A stretch of 64,000 nt of DNA. It comes from Phallusia mammillata. Its lineage: Eukaryota. Every line of letters starts with the position of its first letter. Position 1 is the stretch's first letter. Below the pieces are notes generated by a model, which was given only the letters and a program-made list of their open reading frames with translations, did not search any database and was not told the origin of the DNA. Made by a program: the position numbers and the translations under genes. Below, in pieces: positions 25,644 to 38,285 of this stretch. The stretch lies in NCBI GenBank assembly GCA_965637545.1, contig OZ281495.1, positions 20,150,001 through 20,214,000 on the forward strand, in the 5' to 3' direction.

Positions 25644-25905
25644 CATGGGCGCCGCCACGTAGGGGCAAGAGGGGGCACTTGCCCCCCCTTGGAATTTCAG
25701 TGTACCTCAATTTAACATATTTAGCAGCAAACCTAATTAAAGTGGCAGCGCGGGGATTTGTTACATCGTTATAAATGCTTTAACTTTTAGGCAACTCAAT
25801 TGTGAAGTACACGATTTATGGCTTCATATATAACAAATTCTTTGATGCGGTAAAGTATCAGCCAAAATTTGCCCCCTCTTGCAAAATTTTCTGCCGGCGC
25901 CCATG
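25644..25905. mobile_element. hAT-type MITE in the LPMO copy 1 upstream region
   Basis: TIR catgggcgccg...cggcgcccatg; exact TSD gtgccata. Confidence 0.88.
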
Positions 25906-27143
25906 GTGCCATATCAAAGCTCAAGAACATTTTTTTTCGTCTGTCATCACACACTTAAGATCACAGCGGTAATTGTAAAAAAAGAACTCAGGTCACCTCC
26001 ATCGAAAACAGAGTCATTCCGTTGTTTGCGTTTTTACTGCTTAAGTTTATGTCATTTTCAAGGTTAGTTAAGGTCGTTTTTTTGCTGTCGTCACCTTTTT
26101 TGTGGGTTTAAGCAGGGAGTGGTTAAACGAAATAGCCTACTTGACACTTGACACCCATTGGTTTTGAAGTTGTAATCTGCGAATATTTAATGTTGCGAAA
26201 CAGCTAACCTTAATGATTAAAGGGTGCGAAGTTCTGGTTAAATACAAATTTACCCACAATTTAGAACGCACTGGCTGATGCAACAAGCAAACACTGTACA
26301 GACCAAACATTTTGTTTGTGGTGCCACTGTTGGTAAAAGCTACGATGGGATTTTGCATACATATACGTCCACTTTAGGACATATAACAGGGTGTAACTGA
26401 TGTGGCCATCATATCAGTGATGATGGCATGAGCATTTGCCGAAACCTTTCAAAAATAAAGTACGTCTTTTTTACGTCTATCTGGGCCGCTATTTTCATCA
26501 TTAAACTTAAAATGAAAAAGTTTTTCCAATCAAGGTACTTATACCATACTTACCTACAATTTTGGGATGTGCGGTGACTTTTGGAAGTATGAGACTACAA
26601 TAGTTTTTGTGTTGCGTTTCTAACTGTTGGATCTTTGGATATAGTTTTTACCAATGAGCGGCCTTGTGAAGAAACCGTCCCGAACGTCATCTTTTACCTG
26701 TTCACCACTGTTTGATGTGAACGAGAATGTATAACATCCAGATACGTAAAAAAAATGTAGGCGCGTTTTTCTTTCTGTGTGACGTAATTACGCTTTTAGA
26801 ACCGATGTGTGTTCATGTGACGTTCATCTTATTGACGTTAGTACAAACAAGTATAGCATATAGGCTTCTGAATAATAGTGTGTTACACGGGAATAAAATC
26901 TAGCTAATGGGAAATTTACGCCCGCGACCCTATTTTTGTTGTGCGCCTGCTCAAATGAAATGACCAAACCACCAAAAGTAATGCTTTTTCCAACTTGCTC
27001 CCTACTTTTTACAAGGTACTAAACAAATGTATGGGACACAAATTTATAAAAGGTATTTAATTGTTGATTGGTCAGTCGTTACACAAATGGTCATCATCAA
27101 CGGACATCGCCAAGTTTATTTGCTTGTATTACTATATATAGAA

Positions 27144-27373
27144 CAGTGGTTTCTTATCCGGTGAAAATTATGTACATGTATACGGAAATTATATTAGTCA
27201 ATGGTACCTACATTTTTGTTTTAAGTTTCACTCAAATATCTAAAGGTCATAAATCTAAATATTTAGTCACAAACTTAAGTATTTTTAATCGAAAAGCCCA
27301 AAAAACGAGGGGCAATTTAAACTTAGTGACTGATATCAGTTGGAAAACACGCTAAGAAGTTTAGGAACCACTG
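27144..27373. mobile_element. hAT-type MITE
   Basis: TIR cagtggtt...aaccactg; TSD atatagaa/atgtagaa. Confidence 0.75.
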
Positions 27374-29167
27374 ATGTAGAACCTGCGAAGTTTCACCCAC
27401 AACGATAAAGTCGCTACCAAATCCATATTGAATGACAAAGGCAAGAGAACGAGAAACAAAAGAATCGTCGCTAAAATGATGCGTGGCGCTCTGGCGCTAG
27501 GCGAAAAGAAATTAAATATTACTTTAAAACGCTTTCTGCATATAAACCCACAGTTGAATTGATTCGGGCGTACAAATAGAATGGCGGCTTTCTGTTAATT
27601 GCAAAAGCGCTTTTTTCGTCACCTTTTTTCGTCGCTTCTTTCGAAGTTTATTTTTACGCCACCTAAATTTTTGTCTGATGGTACTAGAACTAGATGTATC
27701 TTTCAGATTTGTTGAGGGTAGTGGTTCTCAAACTGTTTAAATTTTTCGTCATGGCGCTCGTTTCGCAATTCTTCAAGCATTATAGCGGCCCAAGCTATAT
27801 ATCTTGCTAAAAATGAACATAACTTTGTAAAACAAAACCTGTAGTTAACAACTATAAGTAAATTATTCCTTACAAAAGTATTCGAACAACAGCACACGCA
27901 GGATGAGTTTTGTTTTGCTTCTTAAGATTACTTTAAGGGGGAATAATCCAATGGCAGTTTATTACGTCACAAACGAGTGTCGTTGAAACGACTCTAGAAC
28001 AATATAAATATTGTGCGCAAACCATACCTTTTCTGTTACTTGAAATGGAATAAAATTCTCTTTTTGTTACAGGATCCTCGTTACACTTATTACTTCTATG
28101 CCTATATGATTGCAATATTTAATAATACAAAAAAGTAGAAATTCTTTAAGCTGCTCTCGGTCCCTTTAAATTCGCTTTATTTGCCCCTCAGGGACCACAG
28201 ACCCCAATTACAAAACATTTGGTTTCCAACAAACCTCTTATTGCGAACCGGTCCTACAAATATCCGTGGTTCGGTGCATGGATTTTTTTCATATTTTAAC
28301 AACCAACAATTATCAATAAGTTTGTTAAATGGGATTCTTTGAGTTGCTTTGTTTCTAAAGGTTGTCGGGTAAAAATTGTCACTAAAATTTCGTGTTACAT
28401 AAGTCAACAGGAAGCGAGACCTTTTTTTCGCAATTGATGGCTACATTACAGGCAGAGGCTTGGCAGCCAACAATTTCGGGAGAGGTCAAATATTTTGTGG
28501 CCTAAAATCGTTTGCGTCTGTCTCAAAACGAAAACACAAGTTTGGCGACCTCTGGTAAAGAGTGTATAAGCATCAAAAAGCCAATAGTTTGCACACAATT
28601 TACCCATGATTGCTCTGGTTTGTGACGTAACAAACTTTGAGATATGTAAAGTATACTCACGAAAATAAGTGAAAAATAATCTTGCGTGTTTTTGTAGAAA
28701 TAACTCGACCAGGATTTGATTGCCTTTTAGTTAACTGCTGAAATAGATCTAATTGTATTTATAGAATTGAGTAAGCGGTGTAACAGACATTCATCGAGCG
28801 GTTTAACAAAACTGTTTATGACGCCATGATCCTGGTTTTTAGGCTTTTTGTCGATTACTTAGTTAGGTTTTCATTGTAGAAAGCTCTATAGTCAACTAAC
28901 AATTAATGCCTTGTTTTTGGGTGGCCCCGTAACAAATCCTTTAGAGATCGGCACGGGTCGCGAAATATTTGCTTTGTGTACGTCTGAATCTATTAATTAC
29001 ATTTTTTACACATTAGGAGCAATGACGATTTTTTAATTTCTCTCGTTGTGAACTTGATTGATTGTTACACGATCAATTATACTTTAAATGTACAGATTGC
29101 TTCGAAGAAGTTAAAGATAATAACCAAGAGCAGAATTAAAGATATATAAGTTGCTCCATTTTCACCA

Positions 29168-31181
29168 TCAAGCAGTTGTCTTGGTCTAAAACAAAAACAA
29201 AATGTTATTGTAAAACCTAAAGTAGAATTCGGCGTAATGGCGGTGCTTACCCCGCATTCGGGTGGGACGTTACTTTCATAGTCACATATCTGGCGATATT
29301 CATCATACACTGTGCCAGGAGGGCAACTGTATACGTATGGACCGCCGTAGTTCACTGTACAAGTGTAGTATGTTGTGCAATCATATTTGTACTTTCCAGG
29401 AACACCGTGCTAAAATGGAAATCACTTTTAAGATTGCATTTCTTCTGTACAGAAATTTAACACTGACCTGACAGGTTGGTTCACCGTCTACTGGTGGAGC
29501 TACTGGGGTTGTCGTGGTGGTAGTTTTAGTGGGGGTTGTCGTTGGTGACAAAGTTGTTGCGCTTGGCTTACTTGGCTCAGCAGTCGGGGTAGTTGCAACT
29601 TCATTCTGTTAAATATCGCCACATAGAAAGCAAAAACATTTGAATGCAGGGCCGAAAAAGGAACAGAATATCCCGGTGACTTTGCTCTCTTACCCAATTG
29701 GGCGGAGGAAGAGTCGCAACGTCACCAATAGCAACATCTGCACATCCGTAAAATTCCTCTTGTGGTCCGCATCCCACGCAACAATTCCCGTCCGAGTCGC
29801 ATTCATACGTATTTCCTGATAAAATATCAAAATCGAGTAGTTTTTGTCAAACCTAAGGTCTAAGTTGTAGACAGTGCACACTGTTTCGACCTATAAGGTC
29901 TCATCAGTATTATTGCAAGTCACTTGCTTCCACAAGGATGGTTTAATTCTAACACAACTTACCCGCATGATATCTCCATTGCAGAATACATTGTGTGCAG
30001 GTTAAACTTGGAGGTAACTGAACTTGTATGTGGTAAACCCAGGGCGACCCGCCGTCCGGCTTAGCGAAGTATTGAGTTTCTCCGGTTCCGACGAATTTCA
30101 ACAAGTTCCTGTGGATAGTTACAAAGCTCCAGTAAACTTTATTGAAACTGATTACAACGAAAACACTATTGAAAATAAGAATTGTAAAGTTTGTTTGCTG
30201 ATGTGGGAGTTCGCAAGTCTAACGTTGTTCGAAATAATGTAAATAAAGAAAATGTACGAATAAACAATTATTAACTTATGTTTTAATGCCTAAATGAGTG
30301 TAAGCCTGATGACATTTTACTTAGTTTGACAAAATTAAAGGGATTCACTGCAAATCTCAAATATATCACAAGAATATTTTTTCCAATTGTGCAACTTGTC
30401 AATATAATGTTCACAGGTTCGCGTATTTAGAATTTAGACTCTAAAAAGTGTGAAAACATTTACTGATTCAGGCATTCATGAGTGGCTGGCACTTCTGGAT
30501 TGTTCCATTCGCACAGACGAAACTCAAAAAATCCCATGTGGTGAGCTGTCAATTCTATTGTAATGTCCATCACTGAACCTGTAACGCACACAAAGTAGAT
30601 TTGTACTATAGGAATATACGGAATGTAAAATGTTGTGAACAGACCTGGTGCATAGTTGCGTACTATAATTCCTTTCGCATACGGTCCACCCGCCTCGTTT
30701 TCACGAACTCCGTCCCATGGATCTCCGCAAATTCCGCATTTTCCATCTAGGTTCTTTTGATGCTACAGAAGGTCAAGTTGAAACGTTTAATCTAGCACAA
30801 CCATTCCATTTGGTGCATGAAATCTCAGACATGTTTGGATTTTATGGAAAGTATCAAAAACTATTTTACAGACCTGATATCCACCACAGAACAGTTGGTT
30901 GTCGTCATAATTTGCTGTCACTATGGATTGATACGGTTTAATGGCTGGGTCAGTTTCTTTCACTCTCCACATGCTTGAACGATTGGGAGGCTCCAAAAGA
31001 CGTCCATGCGAATTCACATCGCAAACAAAAAATGCAACAAGAAATGCCACTGAGGAAGAGAAACAAATTCAACTAAGTATAACCATCTTACGATGGAATT
31101 GGAGACACATTTTTATTTACGTTAAAGCTTTTTGTACATTTTCCTCTTCAAAAATAATAATATGTTACCTTTTAGAATCAT
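29168..31181 (-). CDS. AA15-type lytic polysaccharide monooxygenase, copy 2 (signal peptide, LPMO, Thr-rich linker, CBM14)
   Basis: MILKVAFLVAFFVCDVNS|HGRLLEPPNRSSMWR...NYDDNQLFCGG...GKCGICGDPW...TAHHMGFFEFRLC...CTQCILQWRYHAGNTYECDSDGNCCVGCGPQEEFYGCADV...YSCPPGTVYDEYRQICDYESNVPPECG-TKTTA*. Same intron positions as copy 1. Confidence 0.92.
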
Positions 31182-31257
31182 CTTCGTGTTTCTAACCAAG
31201 GGCACTTAAAACAACCACGAGTCTTTGTTTCTCTGGGTTTGCAGAAGTTTGCAGAAA

Positions 31258-31264
31258 ATTTATA
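31258..31264 (-). promoter_or_regulatory. Candidate TATA box of LPMO copy 2
   Basis: TATAAAT on the - strand, positionally conserved with copy 1. Confidence 0.55.
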
Positions 31265-33118
31265 CCTAAATTCAAGTGTCGTAATTGCCTATAAACTAAA
31301 GCATTAAAATGTCGATGACTTGTTTTCCACCAAGCACACTACTTTAATTGTATTGTAACGTCAGTTTACTCTGCCAGTCATGAAACTCTTCTCATCATTG
31401 TATAAATTTTATATCGCTTTTATTCGATGGGCAACGGAAACTTAAAAGGGCCATTAGTAAAAGTCGTTATTAGTAAAAACCGTATGCGTAGTACCACAGC
31501 AGACACCGTAAAAAAATCTTAGGTCACCGACACCGCACACACAAAAGGTTTAGTTGTTAACCAGTTTGCGGCTTAAAATTTATTTCGTTTTAAGGTTAGG
31601 TCACTGGGATTATTTGGTACTATCGTCTTTAGTGTGCGTTAAGATTTCAACCGGGCGAGTTTTCTCTTTCTTATTTTAATACTTGTCAGCCACGACACTT
31701 GACGCTTCTGAACAAAACAATATTAACGACTTGGTACAATACTTCAACAGTTTGAGTTGCTAATGCGAAGATTGAAGACAAATTCAGCCACAGAACACAT
31801 TGTTTATTGCAACTAGTCAAGCGGAAAAATTACGAAACTCTTCATCGGCGACAGTAGTTGCCCAAAACTAAGCTCACAAGAAATACCAAACACTGTACAG
31901 ATATAGAGACGAGAAAGCAAATCGAATTTCACAAAACACGTCTAAAGTTTGTGACCAGAAGGTAGCAGTACTGCAAGACAAGACAAAAATGGGCTGCTTT
32001 CAAAATGCTCAGCATAGAACTTTTTCAATATCGTTGCAGGTCGTTTGAAACTGGAGCAACATAAATGTACAGTGATGGGTACATGGGAATTCTCACGTAT
32101 GGTACATGGGAATTCTCACATGTGCTTGTGACCAAACATTTGTTTTGTGGTAGGGGAGGAGGAAAGATTAAATGTAAATTTGAAAGCATTCACTTTACAA
32201 GCAAACTAAAGGGGAGTTTTATCGGTAATTAGACCAGAAGCTGGGCCGGTATGCACAACACAGAGTCTAATTGGATCCTTTGTTAGTTTCAAAGTGGTAC
32301 GCAAAAAGTGGGTTTGGTTACTGGGACCAAAAATGATTTCTGGACCTTAAAACAAATTGAACCCTTCATGTCGCAAATGGGATTCCGTTCTCGGTTCGTT
32401 TATGCTCGTTTCCACAAGCCCTTATTCCAAAAAAAACAAATATCACATTATGCTTGTGATAATTGTTTTTTTTTTCAATAAAGGGCTTGTGGAACATCTT
32501 TTCTGCGCACATACAAGCAATTAATTGAACATTGTGTGTTACAAGCCACAAGTATGTGCAGGAAATTTATTTTTGCGACCCTGCTTCAGCTGTATACATG
32601 CTTGCGTTTTTTTATCCAGTCTTGGCTGCATTGGTCTGCTTGATTGAAATACCAAGCTTATTCATACATGAAGTAAAGGCAAAAAAATCACATTGTTGAA
32701 TACGTTTTAATAAGATAGATTGGTAAATTTATACAAAGGGACCCAATTAGCAAACCGTAATATTTTTTTTTGCAGAAACATTATGTTTCGGGTATTAATC
32801 AAATTCGGGTAATAATTGTGGTGCACCTGTAAAAGGTTATGTAAATTGCTAAGTCATTCAATGCATAAATATTCCGAAATCGCGCAATGACAATACTATG
32901 TAACTAGTGAATGATAGAACTCTGAAAATCAGAGCAATAATAATCAACAGACATTGTCAAGTCAATCTGCTTTTACATAACTCACAACAACCGAGTCCCT
33001 ACGAACAACCACATTGAGTGAAGAGGGGGAAAGTAAGAGAAACGAAAGAATCGGCGTGAAAATAAAATGAAGATAACACGTGAAGTACTGGCGCCTTCGA
33101 CCGGCGAAAAACTTCAAA

Positions 33119-36100
33119 TTACTTGGTCACAATCTGCTTCAAATCCCACAGCTGTAAAACAACACATTTTAAGGATAAACAATGACTCATTTAAAGAAAT
33201 TCCATACAACTTGCGCCATTGGCATACTCGCGTTTTTTTTTGATGACAATTAATCACTGAAAATAGAATATATAGATGTTAAAACATATCCCCTCTTTTT
33301 AACTTTTTGAAAACATGCCTTTTTGCATTAAACACGAGTGAAGCCATAGGTTGCAAACATCTTAATCAATGCTTAGTAGGCACTAATAATTCGGGACAAA
33401 AGTTCTACATAAATGTATTTTATGTTTTGTAATTTATGTAAAATTGTTTACTGCAGTCAAACCGCAGAAACGCAAGTAACTTATCTAACAGTTTCACAAA
33501 AGTGGTTTAATATCTAAAAGTTTCAAAAAATCGGATGACCAACCCGAAGTGTTCTGTCGGAACCGGAAGTGACCAACCAAGATCTCGACCAATCAGGATA
33601 CGAGTTGATCACGTTGTGCTTCAGGTCGTGGAAAGTAGCAGTTGGCGCGCGACTGATGAAACAAAGGAAGTGTTTCAAGTAGCGGAACATAGACACAAGT
33701 TCAAGCAAAAACGCACAGAAACAGTTATATACTATAGCAAACTTACACCCAAGTTATTGACATGGGATTTAAAGGACACCCGCGAAAGGATAAAGTATGG
33801 CAGTTTGTTTTTTGTTTTTTGGAAGTTTCCTATCGTTCGCAAATAGTTTCAAGTGTAACTGCTATCCTAGTTGTGTCATTTCCAAACGTGACAGCCTAGT
33901 TTCGGTTTGGCAAAGGCCCAAAAATCGATTTTAATAGTCGTTTGTTCCACTGCAGTTGCAAAATAAATGTTCCTTCTCAATTTATGGCGTCGTAAAGCAG
34001 GTCAATAATAAAGAAACACTAATAGGTTTATTTGTTATTAGCTAATTGTTAGTGTTAGTGCAATATTGTTGAGCACCAGGTGCATGTGATACCACAGGAA
34101 AACATGTTTATTGTCAGACACTCTTAACTTACTCTTGTTCAGTGACAGACTGAAAACATTCCTCGCACACTCGAACCTCAAACTCAAAACCATACAGTGG
34201 AATGGTGGTTCGACTGGAACTGCAACTAGCACACACAGCAATACCACATTTCCTGTAAATTAAGAAAAAAGAGGCTTACATATGCTTGGGGCAATATCGG
34301 TTGTTACAAAATCATTGAGTCAGAAAACAGCAAAACCCACTAAAATGGTGTTTTTCCACAGTTATATTAAACGGGTATGTTTTGTTGGTATTCCTTTCAT
34401 AATACATTATTTAAAACAGTAAAGTTTTGGTTGCAGACACAACCCTAAAACAGACACCAAATCAAGCATGACAACATAAACCAACCTGCAGTGGTGTTGT
34501 CGCAATCCAATTGTTTTATCACTCCACATTTGCTTGAAGTTCCAGAAAAATGGTTGCTTGCATTTTGTACATTGGTTGCTCTCTTGCCATATTGGAGTCT
34601 GTTCCACAAACAATATTTCACATTTGACAAAAGAAACATTTCAAAAGCAAACAAATCATATGTTGCTCTAATTCTGTTGGTATTTTTTTAATTTTCTAAC
34701 AGTTAAAAATGTTTAATGCATGGATGTTACGCAAACAAAAACAAACATATAAACCAAAAATCGCAACAAACATGGATGTTGTTATTTTTACCATAACAGT
34801 TAACAGATCATAGGCAACAAGCTTATACATGTGGTCCTTGGAAGTTTAAATGATTTCCAAAAGGTGGTGGTTGATTTCCAACAACAAAAAACACTTTTTT
34901 ACCGCTACCAAAAGGTGAAAATAAAAAGAATTCATTTTGATTTGAATAAAAAACTGGACTGTTCAAAAGTGGGCAAAATACAAGGTACATTTAGTAAATA
35001 TATACAGCAACATTACTTCATGTCTTTTAATCTCCATGTTCCACACAACAAGTGATCCATCATCACCAGTAGATAGTAACTGTCGTGTGTTTGCAGAATA
35101 ATGAAGGGAAGTTACTTTGCCACTAAAACATAGTTTACATTGTTTAGGCAGAAGTTTAACATTAAGTGAACACCAAACAAAATGAGTGTGCTTTTCAGAA
35201 ACTTTGTTGGTTTACTATGCATAATGTATATTATGTTGCAACTTCAATCACTTACTGATGGCCTTGTAGTTCAATTGCAGTTCCTTTATTGCTACCAATA
35301 TCCCACAGTATAACTGCTTTGTCAGATGATCCAGAATATAAAATTTCACCAGCTGGGTCCCAGCAAAGGCAGGCTAAGAAAAATCGGAAATATTTATTTG
35401 CATTAGCATTGCTAAATGTGCAACTTTACATAACAATTGATGACACTGGTTCAATCATTTAAACACACCTGACAAACTTTAACAATGATGGAAAGAAAAG
35501 TGTAACATTGCCCTTAGATCTAACACAACATGAAAATCACAAATTGCTTTGAAAACCAAAAGCTTAAATTGTGTATTTTGTGACGCAGTTAAATGAAGTA
35601 CTTACATATTGCTCCAGAGTGACCTTTAAGTGAAGTGACTAGTTTGCAATCATTCTTGTCCAACTTTAAAATGGTGATTTCACCATTGTTTAACCCAGCA
35701 AACACATAGTAAGACTGTGCGTCATATCTACAAATCAGATACTGTGTTATGCAAACTCATAGAACAGATATTTGTTTGGCTTATACTTACTGCAGGCAGT
35801 TTGGTACAGAAGCGGTCTGGTATCCTCCCAGTCGCTGACCATTCTTGGTCAAATGCCAAGTGATGTACTTGTCCTTTCCACTGGCCACAAGCACTTCATT
35901 TTGGTGGGCATATACACACCCTGTTACTTCTCTTTGGTGGGCTGCACAGTAATAATAAATCAGGTATGTTTCTTGACTGCTGTTGGTTGTAAAAAATCCA
36001 AAAAGTTAAAACAGAGCACAGACTTAATCATACCAAGATATTTTCTTTTGTGTATAAGTTGATTGTAATCATCTGACACTTGAAACTCCTGTAACATAAA

Positions 36101-37463
36101 AAACACCTTTACAAGTGTTAAAAAAATGTACAAACAGGCTTACATCAATATTTCCATTATCTTGTCCAACAAACAACAACTTGCTGTCCTTCGCAAAATA
36201 CAGTACAGAACACGGAGCTACAAAAAAAGCTGTGTTAATTTTATGCCAAGATGTAGATTACTTAAAATTAAAAGATTTAAATGTAGTAAAATATCAAATA
36301 ATTTATTTGACAGATTTTTAGGCCCAAAAATTAGTTTTTTTACCATAGAACACAAATTGGTATGGAATTTTTTGATTTTGTTAAAACTGTGAGGTACAAA
36401 GGAAACCAGTTGCTGCACAAACAAGTTCTAGTAACTGAATGATCTATTTAGCCATTCAATAGATCGTTATACATAACGAACTGGCTGTGTCCTATAAAAG
36501 TCATTATTTGCATTTACTGTACATTCTTGAAGCATACCCCACAAGCTGGACTTTTATCAAACTTCCTTTAAAAATCTTGCCCTCACGAAGAGACTTAAAT
36601 GTAAAAGTTTGTGCGATATTGTTTAACCTATTTTTATTTTTAATTTACACACTATATGTAACTGTCCCATTCTGAAAACTAGCAGCAGTCCACGCCCTAA
36701 ATAAAACCAGCTAATCTGTGCTTATTGACTGGCATACATGCAGAACCAAAATTTAGTAGTCCATTTAAAAATAAAAAGGTTTGAACATTTATGTGCTGCT
36801 AAGGTTTGATGGAGCAAATAAATCTACTAGTTATAAAATGTTTATTTAAATGCAAAGCACATACGAGTGAGCTGTAGGGAGGGGAACAATAAAAACAGTG
36901 TGTTGTCTTTGAATTTATAATTAGGATTAAACCTCTGAAGCTTGAAATTTTTTTTGCAACAATAACATTGTGTAATAGAAGATTAGGTGTTTTTAAAAAA
37001 ACAATCTGTCAAACAGATAAAAACAAACAAAAAATATTTCAAACAGTGAGCCACTTTTAAATATTTGCTTATAATCATTACAACCCACATGTTTATGTTT
37101 TTGTCTTGTCAAAAAATACTTACATGTTTGAAAGTGACATACACTTGGCCAATATTGTCCACTTTCACGCTTCAGCCAAATCCTAATTGACCTTTATTAT
37201 AACACAGTTTATTAGTTGTGTTGACAAAACATGTATATTTTTACCAAAGAAAAATTAACATCAACCATTTTATTTAATAATTTAGTAAATAAAAGTAATA
37301 TAAAACAATTAAACGAATAATACTTGTCTTCACTGATGGTAATAACTCCTTCTTCATTAGGTGTAAATACAGCTGCAGTAACAATATCTTGTGTATCATC
37401 TTCAATGCGATTGAGAAGAACAGGCTGTCTTTCCTGGGGCTTCGTTTTAATGGCAGCAGCCAT
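33119..37463 (-). CDS. WDFY2: WD repeat and FYVE domain-containing protein (WDFY1/2 orthologue)
   Basis: Starts MAAAIK...PVLLNRIE...[10 protein letters not shown]; FYVE motif [38 protein letters not shown]; ends [21 protein letters not shown]; many WD40 exons. Confidence 0.93.
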
Positions 37464-38094
37464 GGTGAATTATTTCATCAGTTTGACTGTATTAAACAAT
37501 ATGGCTACTATTTGCTTTACAAGGAGAAACAAGTCTAAAAAAATACATAAATTTCTTAATAGAGAAAACTGTTAAGCACCTTTGACATACTACAACTAAA
37601 ACAACTCACCACAAAAACATTTATTGTTTGTTTATATAAAACACGCGAACAAGGTTAATTTAAATTTCTTTACACCAAAATAACATCTACACTTAAGTCT
37701 GGTGAAAAACAACAACTTCTTGCAGATGATGATGAACCGATTTCGTTATCTTCTTTTGTTTTGGCTTAGCTTTTCGTCACGAGAAAACACGAAGCTTACT
37801 TAATCGTTCACGCGTAACGTTTTGATCACAAAACCAGGTGTGACGTAATAATTAGAATTTTTACAGCTTTTGTGATACAAGAGTACAAACAGCAGAATGT
37901 CTAATTATTAAAAAATACAGGTATCTGTACAAAATTTTATTTAACCCAACCTAGTTATTTGTAACTTTGGAATTGTTTTTTAATAGATTTTTTACATTGA
38001 TTTCTACAAAGAAATTCTACATTGATTTTATGCTGGTTATAGTACATGCATATCAGTTGAATAATTAAGTTATGTAGGTAAATTTGGTAAATCC

Positions 38095-38285
38095 ACTAAC
38101 ACAGGAACTCACAGGACGCCCGGTTTGGGAATTTCTGGTAAGTAGCGCAACGGAGCATAGGCGTTAAAAGTGACAATAATTTCTGATTGCTGACTCAGCA
38201 ATTAATATCACCGTAAACGCCTCTGCTCCGTTGCGCTGCCTAGCGGAAATTCTCAAACCTGGCTACTGTGAGTTCTTACGTTAGT
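38095..38285. repeat. Imperfect palindrome / foldback element
   Basis: Arms actaac..ggaactcacag..ggtttgggaattt..agcgcaacggagcataggcgtt and aacgcctctgctccgttgcgct..aaattctcaaacc..ctgtgagttc..gttagt are reverse-complementary. Confidence 0.8.

Noticed and set aside
21192-31181. LPMOs as bacterial contamination or recent HGT (AA10), or an assembly duplication artefact
   Set aside because: Both copies have spliceosomal introns, an animal-type CBM14 and AA15 motifs, sit among animal genes, and are clearly diverged from each other
32078-32121. Short tandem duplication ggtacatgggaattctcac x2 (similar case at about 15325-15358)
   Set aside because: Simple two-copy slippage duplications with no further structure
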